A DNA stretch of 64,000 nt from Octopus sinensis. Taxonomy: Eukaryota. The notes beneath the pieces were generated by a model, which saw nothing but the letters and a program-made list of their open reading frames with translations, had not been told where the DNA came from and searched no databases. Positions 55,941 to 64,000 of the stretch are shown piece after piece (the first letter of the stretch is position 1; the number at the start of each line of letters is the position of its first letter). A program made the translations under genes and the position numbers. The DNA lies in NCBI RefSeq assembly GCF_006345805.1, contig NC_042998.1, forward strand, positions 44,702,001 through 44,766,000, written 5' to 3'.

Positions 55941-56506
55941 TTGGGTTGTACGAAAAGTTCATGCCGATTTATAGTAGCTTACATTTCGACTTATTTTAGA
56001 ACATGGTTGAGTCCATAAAATAGGATTTTACTACATCTCCATTTAGAGCACAGTTTCAGCTATCTTTTCGTGGAAGAGTGTTTATATTCCTATAACCTCT
56101 ATTAATTCAGTAAGCCTTTAAAATGGAAGACAAGAAAGTTCACTTTCGGTACTTGATGCTTTGGGAACCAGACAAAAATTACTGCAGCTCGGCTGGGATG
56201 TGTTACCCCACTCTCCATATTCACCAGATATTGCTCCTTCGGATTTCCACTTATTCAGGTCTCTGCAGGATAGTCTTAATGGTAAAAATTTCAATTCCTT
56301 AGATGACATAAAAAGATACCTTGTTGAATTCTTTGCCATAAAACCACCTCAATTCTGGGAAGAGGGTATTTTCAAGTTAAAAGAAAGATGGAGACGCATT
56401 GTGCAACAAAATGGTTCATATTTGCTTGATTAAAAATGTAATGGCAAGTATTTATTGACCTTTTCCTTTCCTTTAAAAATCGGCACAAACTTTCCGGACA
56501 ACCCAA
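55941..56506 (+). mobile_element. Mariner deletion derivative, 566 bp, with TIRs and TA duplication
   Basis: TIRs ttgggttgtacgaaaagttcatgccgattt and aaatcggcacaaactttccggacaacccaa, flanked by TA. Keeps MEDKKVHFRYLML joined to LGWDVLPHSPYSPDIAPSDFHLFRSLQDSL..QQNGSYLLD. Confidence 0.92.
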
Positions 56507-57709
56507 TATTAGACCATTGGTTCAAAGCTCAAGTAATATTGGTTTCGAATTTTGGTACAAAGCCAGCAACTTCGGGCTAAGTAGACAATCGGTTACATCG
56601 ACTCCAGTACTTAGTTGGTACTTATTTTATCGACCCCGGAAAGATGAAAGGCAAAGTCGACAACAGTGGAATTTGAATCCAGAACGGAAAGACGGACTAA
56701 ATGCCGCAAAGCATTTTACCCGGCATGCTAACGATTCAACCAGCTCGTCGTCTTAGTTGTTCTGCCAATATCAAATTATAGACGGCAAGCTGGAAGAATC
56801 GTTCAGAGTTCAAATTCCGCAGAGGTCCACTTTGCTTTTCATTCTTAGGGGAGTCGATAAAATAAGTACCAGCTGAGCACGAGGGTTGATGTAATCGATT
56901 TAACCTCTTCCCCGAATTTGTTGGCTGGTGCCAAAATTTGAAATCAATATTATCACATTATATTTTTAACTCGGAACTGACTGCATTAGCAAGATCATGC
57001 GGGGAAGTAAAGAAAATAATGATTGCATTGACACAGAAAGATAGTATTTTGCAACGAATTCAGAGAGGACTTGTTTTCCTGCTACTAGAAAATTATACAA
57101 TGCCTAATCAGAAATTACGATAAAACAACTAATTATAAAATTATTAGTAAATTAATATAAAACATTATAAAATATAATATAAAATGTGCAGAGTTACAGA
57201 AACATCCGGTAAAGAATAAAGTGGAAGCATTACGAACAGCTAAAAACAATAACAAAAAACAGTAACAAAAAACAGTAGCAAAACAAATATCAGATATACA
57301 AGCATGACCGAATCGGAGCTCTCGTACGCTGGAAATTATACCAGCACTATTAAATACATGCAGAAAAGATCTCAAAGAATTACAAAGTTACCGTACATGG
57401 AGATATGCCAATCCGTACGGACAGAAATTAAGTCAAACCGACGAGATACAGTGAAATCTTCTAAGGAAAGAAATTTCTTTTAATCGATGTATCCATTACA
57501 ATAAGCTGCAATAAAGGAATGGAAAATTTAGGCAATTATAAAACTTTCATAAAGAGATAACCAAAATCCTGAGACATACACATACAGAGAACTTACACAA
57601 AATACCGCTACAGAGTATCATTGGGCATTGAGAACACATTACATAGAGTGTACAATAGATATTCAAAACTAAATAAGGCCGTATGTATATGCAATGCATG
57701 CAAGATACC

Positions 57710-57943
57710 CATTTCTTTACTACCCACAAGGGGCTAAACACAGAGAGGACAAACAAGGACAGACAAACGGATTAAGTCGATTATATCGACCCCAGTGCGT
57801 AACTGGTACTTAATTTATCGACCCCGAAAGGATGAAAGGAAAAGTCGACCTCGGCGGAATTTGAACTCAGAACGTAGCGGCAGACGAAATACGGCTACGC
57901 ATTTCGCCCGGCGTGCTAACGTATCTGCCAGCTCGCCGCCTTC
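57710..57943 (-). mobile_element. SINE family A monomer with 23-bp target-site duplication
   Basis: atatgcaatgc(a/c)tgcaagatacc at 57687-57709 and 57944-57966. Confidence 0.9.
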
Positions 57944-58465
57944 ATATGCAATGCCTGCAAGATACCGCCACACAACATTGTCAGGTGCTGGGAACAAATT
58001 ACATTGAGTGTACTATAGAAATGCAAAACTAATGAAACCGGTGCATAGATGCAATGCACACGGATCTACGCTGAGTTATGTACACTACTGAAATATTAAT
58101 GATAATGTTAATCCTATCCATTATAGGCACAACGCTCGAAAGTTTGTGTGGAGTGCACAACTGGTACTTAGTTTATCAAACTTGAAAGGATGAAAGGTGA
58201 CGCTGACCTCGGTGGAGTTTGAACTTAGAAAGTAAAGAGTCGGAAGAAATGCCGTTATGCAGTTTGTTCGGCGCGCTAACGGTTCCGCCTATCGCCACCT
58301 TAATGGCTTCAAATTTTAGCACAAGGCTAGCAATATCGTCATCTTAGGAGAGTTCTAAGATCTCGAAGGCTGCTGAAAATTTGTGAATACCGAAGGTTAC
58401 AGGTAGTAACCCGCTACCCACAGAAATCCTGCCAGGAATAAGACCGAACCTAAGCCAAACAATAT

Positions 58466-58525
<60 letters not shown>

Positions 58526-58551
58526 CATAATAATAATAATAATAATAATAA

Positions 58552-59107
58552 ATGCCCTGATGCAGTACCAGGCAGTGGCTTTCATGGCTTCTGATCTTAA
58601 CTGATTGGAAGTGTTATCATGTACATTGTTTTGTCTTGGTATAAAAGATGGGCTACAGCAAATATTCTGCTCAATACCACAGATTTGCTTGTCAGTTGCT
58701 TGACCTTAACCAGTTGAGCATGTTCCTTAGTGGCTGACGATATGTTCATCTCTGATCACGAGCAGAAGTGGTGGGGGAGCATCATAGCCATGTGTTGAGA
58801 GGGATTCTTTGGGGTTTGAATAATTCACCTCTGGAAACATGGGTGTTTCGTTCAACATCCTTAAACAACCCATATTCAGGGACCGATTGAGCGGATTGGG
58901 TTACTCAACCAGAAGAAAATTCTAACTGGGCCCCACCTGCAAGGTCATGCGCTGTTTATCTTGATATGAGATCACTATGTCGCGCACATATGGTTGCGAT
59001 GCATGTACCTGGTGTACCCTTATCAGACGGGTAGTCATGATGGGTATACTGGGCTTCGTATATTTTACCCCAGTGTCACTTTGATGGCATGCACTGCTCT
59101 CTCACTC
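58552..59107. mobile_element. Non-coding interspersed element of about 555 bp bounded by (TAA)n on both sides
   Basis: GC-richer, high-complexity block with sharp borders against TAA tracts and no ORF or TIR. Orientation and family unresolved. Confidence 0.5.
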
Positions 59108-59427
59108 AATAATAATAATAATAATAATTGTTTGAACGTTTGGCACAGGTTTAAATAAAGAAGCAGTGGAGTCCATTTGTTCGACTAAATCTTTCAACAC
59201 TGTGCCCCAGCATAGCCGTACTCCAACGATTGAAACAAGTATAAGATAAAAGATAAATATTCTACTATTACATTCATACAGTTTCCCACTGGTATCCAGA
59301 TGAACGCTACATGGACATCAACTGCAGCTTTTGTTTGGTATTTTATTATTTCTAGTCGCTATAAAGCAGCTAAATTGTTAGCCTTGTGCCAAAATTTGAA
59401 ATCATTCTTTCTAGTAGCTAAGCTGCG

Positions 59428-60040
59428 ACCAGCTGGCAGAATCGTTAGCCTGGCGGGCGAAATGCTTAGCGGCATTTCGTCCGCCGCTACGTTCTGAGTT
59501 CAAATTCCTCCGAGGTCGACTTTGCCTTTCATCCTTTTGGGGTCGATTAAATAAGTACCAGTTACGCACTGGGGTCGATATAATTGACTTAATCCGTTTG
59601 TCTGTCCTTGTGTGTCCTGTCTGTGTTTAACCCCTTGTGGGTAGTAAAGAATAGGTATTTCGCCCGTCTTCACGTTCTGAGTTCAAAGGACGCCGAGTTC
59701 GACTTTGTCTTTTGTCCTTTTGAGGTCGATAAAATAAGTACTAATTGAACACTGGGGTCGATCTAATCGACCTATCACTGCCCCGAACTTACTGGCCTTG
59801 TGCCAAAATTTGAAAACATTATTTTTAGTTGCTGTAAAGCACGATGAGCTGGTAGAATCGTTAGCCGGGCGAAAATGCTGCCAACCATTTCTCCCGTCTT
59901 CACGTTGAGAGTTCAAACGCCACTGAGGTCGACTTTGTCCTTCGTCCTTTTGAGGTCGATAAAATAAGTACCAATTGAACACTGGGGTTGATCTAATCGA
60001 CCTATCATTGCCCCGAACTTACTGGCCTTGTGCCAAAAAT
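59428..60040 (+). mobile_element. SINE family A young copy fused to an older-subfamily body, followed by a second older copy
   Basis: Young tail ..aagaataggta continues directly into tttcgcccgtcttcacgttctgag at about 59657. The older body ends ccttgtgccaaaatttgaaa, and a second older copy follows at about 59835-60040. Confidence 0.8.
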
Positions 60041-60294
60041 GGAATTCATTATTCGTGGTTGATATAAACAATAATTCTCACTTAGACATTTATAGATATT
60101 TTCCCCCACCTTGACGACAGTTTATTTCTCTAGAAATGAATATATGATCTTAATATCTACGTCGTCAGTCATACTAAAGTTTTTATATCATTAAATTTTA
60201 CCGAAAGCGTTTCGTGTTTTTCGAATTTTTGTTTAGCCCTTCAGTAACTGCTCTATTAAGAGATTGTTTTAACTTCGCACATACATACACACAA

Positions 60295-60325
<31 letters not shown>

Positions 60326-60569
60326 CATGCACACACTCGCACATGCACATGCACATACACACACGTACATATGCACACACACGTGCACATGCACACACAC
60401 ATACATGCAAACACACATGCACGCATATTACACATATGCATACACAAATGCACACATATACGCACATATACATACGCATACATAAATGTGTGTATCTGCA
60501 TACATATATGTATATATATATGAATACCGATTCTTGAATGTATGCCTGTTCAAGATACTCACACACAGG

Positions 60570-60611
<42 letters not shown>

Positions 60612-60749
60612 TGTAAATGAATGTATGTATGTACGTAAGGTATGTATATATGTATGTATGTATTTGTGTGTGATGTACAGATTTTATATATCAATAAACA
60701 CGCTCACTAAATAATAAGTATTCAAATTTTGACTACCTGCTCCTTCTAT

Positions 60750-60824
<75 letters not shown>

Positions 60825-60833
60825 TATAGAAGG

Positions 60834-60884
60834 AGCTTCTACAGGACTAGAACTGTTTCATTCAAGAGAAATCTTCAGGAAGCT
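60834..60884 (-). ncRNA. Type I hammerhead ribozyme motif, near canonical
   Basis: Minus strand AGCUUC-CUGAAGA-UUUC-UCUU-GAAU-GAAA-CAG-UUCUAGUC-CUG-UA-GAAGCU: 6-bp stem I, intact core, 4-bp stem III, GUA cleavage triplet. Position 10.1-11.1 is a U-U mismatch. Confidence 0.7.
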
Positions 60885-61185
60885 AGTTAACAAGAATTGT
60901 ATTGGCATTTATACATTTAGGCAGGTTTATAGGGGTGGTAGTGGGGGACTTTTTGGGGGTAGGCATAGCGCAAAAAAATCATACTTGGGGGGAGTGGTCA
61001 AGGAGTCAGTGGTAAATTAGATAGAAGAATAAATAAAAGAATAAAAAAAGGATAAAAAATAAAAAAATATATAGAAGAATAGAGTTTTAGGTAAATAAGG
61101 AAATTCTCACTTATACCTATACACATACATATATATACACAAACACACACACACACATATATACATACACAATACATACACACAC

Positions 61186-61242
<57 letters not shown>

Positions 61243-61500
61243 CATATACATACATATCTACATTATATATATATATACATATACATACATACACATATAC
61301 ATGCATATACATATACACACACACATGTATATATACACACACCGACCACACATACACATACACACAAAAAAATATATATACATACACCCATACACATACA
61401 CACATACACACACATATCCACATACACACATGCACACACAACACACAAGTCCCTATATACTCATATATATACATATACACATATATGTATATATACATAT

Positions 61501-61548
<48 letters not shown>

Positions 61549-61800
61549 CATATGTGTACCTATTCATACCTACACATACACACATATACATACAAATACA
61601 AACCCATTCCCTAATTCTAATTTTATTATCTTCATTTATTACTTTTGTTATCTTTGACCGCTGGTCACAAGCATCTTGGCTAAGACAGCTATTCCCTTTT
61701 ATCTTTCTACTTGAGCACAAGCACTCACTCACGCACGCACACTCATTAGCACGCACACACACTCATTCGTACACTCATACACATACACGCACGCACGCAC

Positions 61801-62945
61801 CCCAGGACCACGGATGGGTTCCGGAAAAATCTTTACACCTTCTTTAAAAACTTAGGCCTTAGGATTACCTTAGAATCCAACTTAACCAAAGCTAACTTCC
61901 TTGACGTCACCCTCGACTTAAAAACCTCACTTTATTACCCGTACCACAAACCAAATGAATCCCTTAGATATATAGTATTAATTCCAACCACCCCAAAATA
62001 TATTAGATAACCTAGTAAAAGTGTCGCAATAAGAATTTCTAGCCTGTCCGCCACAGAAGATATCTTTAAGGCCGCAGCCCCCTATTACAACGAGGCCCTG
62101 GCCCGCAGTGGCTTTAAAGATAAGATTACCTATACTAGTATAGCCCCACGCCAACCCAGGAAAAATAGACGAAGACACATTAGCTGGTACAACCCCCCCC
62201 CCCCTTCAACCGTGAGGTCGCTACACCTGTAGCTAAAATCTTCTTCACTCTCCTACAGAAACACTTCCCCACCCAACATAAGTACTACACTATCCTAAAT
62301 AAGAACACTATTAGACTCTCCTACTCTACCACGCCCAATCTAGCCAGGAACCTAGCCAACAACAATGTGAAAAAACTTAATATATCTACTTTTTCCGAGG
62401 CCATCCAACGTCCGATAGCAATTGCAACTGCCCTGATAAAACCACCTGCCCCCTCAACAACAACTGCCTACAGAGGGACCTAGTATATACATGCGAGGTA
62501 AGATCAGGCCCTGACGATAAAAGAAAATCCTACATCGGAATGACGTCAAACAGCTTTAAGACCCGTTGGTACGCACACACACACTCGTTCCGGCGACCGG
62601 ATAAATCCAACCAAACTACACCTCGCCGCCCACATCTGGTACCTTAAAAGGAACTCCATCCCTTCAAGACCAAGTGGAAACTACTACAGAAGGCGCGTTC
62701 GTACACAGGAGGCCATACCTGCTGTGACCTTTGCATTTCGGAGAGCCTAAGATCTGTTCGCCAGAGGCCCTCTCCTTAACAAGATTTCAGAACACTCCCC
62801 AAATTGCATGCATAAGAATTATGCAAACTACAAGAACTATAGACCTACCCGGCAACCAGATGGATGACACCCCACCCACAAACCCCCCCAATCCCACCGT
62901 TCCCCTAGCACCCCCGACTACCTTTTCTCCTAAGACCTTTCACAT
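61801..62945 (+). mobile_element. 5'-truncated Penelope-like retroelement: RT C-terminus, linker and GIY-YIG endonuclease, frameshifted
   Basis: NFLDVTLDL..YPYHKPNE, NSNHP, APYYNEALARSGF, ISWYNPP, IRLSYSTTPN, CNCPDKTTCPLNNNCL, LVYTCEV..KSYIGMTSNSFKTRWYAH and CCDLCISE, in the order typical of Penelope ORFs. Confidence 0.9.
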
Positions 62946-62949
62946 ATTG

Positions 62950-63399
62950 TATGTGCACGCTTGTATATGTGTATCGTATATATGTATAGAAATGTATGGG
63001 TATAGTAGGAATATACGCATGTATTATGTGTGGTGTTGGTGTATGTATGTAAAAAAATATATATATTATGTGTGTGTGTTGTGTGTGGTGTGTGTGTGTG
63101 TATATATGTATATATGTATATATGTGTGTATGCATATGTATGTGTGTGTAGTGTGTATGTATGTGTATGTATATATAAAAATTATATATAATTAGGGCTT
63201 AGTAAAATAAATTACTTGGACACATACTGAACTTTCTAGAAATAGCAGCCAAATAAGTTTTTTAGTTTTTTAGCCTTTTCCACTACTTAAAGAAAATTTT
63301 CTCTCAGACAATGTTTACTCAAAAAAATAATGGTCCTTTTACATACTGAATACTTGGTGAAATTGATTAATAACTAATTAACTTTACCCTCAATTGTTG

Positions 63400-63431
<32 letters not shown>

Positions 63432-63462
63432 GTATGTATATGTATGTGTATGTGTGTGTGTG

Positions 63463-63504
<42 letters not shown>

Positions 63505-63740
63505 GTGCGTGTGTATATAATATATATTTATTTATATATATATATATATATATGTATATATGTGTATATATATGTGTATGTGTATATGTATGTATGTATA
63601 TATATATATGAGTGTACGCGAGTATGTCGATGTATATGTAGGTATGTAGAGTTATGTGTATGTGCAGGTATGTGTGTGTATATACAGATTGTAGATGGGG
63701 ATATATAGTGTGTATATATACACATATATATGTGTATATA

Positions 63741-63786
<46 letters not shown>

Positions 63787-64000
63787 GTATATTTAGATAT
63801 ATATGTATATATATGTATATGTATATGTGTGTAGTGTATGTATGTACATATATGTGTGTGTGTGTGTATGTGTGTATATGTATGTATATATGTATATATG
63901 TGTGATGTGTGGTGTGGGTATATATATGTGTGTTGTGTATGTGTATATATATATATGTATGTATATATGTATATATATATATATATGTGTGTGTATATAT
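62950..64000. repeat. Complex TA/TG microsatellite field; mirror-composition CA/TA fields at about 60290-60720 and 61110-61560
   Basis: Directly visible low-complexity sequence, interrupted by unique sequence at about 63190-63395. Confidence 0.9.

Noticed and set aside
57600-58070. Diverged tandem duplication of about 105 bp around the SINE at 57710
   Set aside because: Real but only two decayed units with no coding or structural signal; treated as an ordinary local duplication.
58990-59107. HDV-like ribozyme at one end of the TAA-flanked element
   Set aside because: One helix is visible, but I could not place P2, P3, P1.1 and J4/2 in the required nested order.
60998-61762. Longest ORF in the track (254 aa) and the many YI/CV/HT/LLL/NNN-rich ORFs
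   Set aside because: These are translations of TA, CA, GATA and TAA microsatellites, which lack stops in some frames. No domain content.

Overview
AT-rich animal genomic DNA, probably a coleoid cephalopod such as Octopus. That assignment is inferred from the tRNA-derived SINE families and the TA/GATA/TAA microsatellite load, not from a database match. I found no host gene exon I can support; the window is a dense graveyard of mobile elements. DNA transposons: four mariner copies or derivatives, a mariner-type MITE, an hAT MITE and a fossil Chapaev3-like transposase. Retroelements: R4/Dong-like, RTE-like, CR1/L2-like and Penelope-like remnants, plus many SINEs. Almost every ORF in the supplied track is microsatellite translation or antisense to a retroelement fossil. 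Three signals stand out. (1) A tRNA-headed SINE family (three copies) has a tail that reconstructs to a minimal type I hammerhead ribozyme of the Penelope kind. Two copies form one inverted dimer bounded by a single 12-bp duplication inside the Chapaev fossil. (2) Several further hammerhead-like motifs from other families are present, including a G3-C8 core-swapped variant and a nearly canonical one beside a Penelope ORF. (3) An abundant SINE forms 184-bp concatemers and joins related SINEs at one fixed internal nucleotide, which suggests self-targeted insertion. All family names come from motifs recognised by eye and need confirmation by search.
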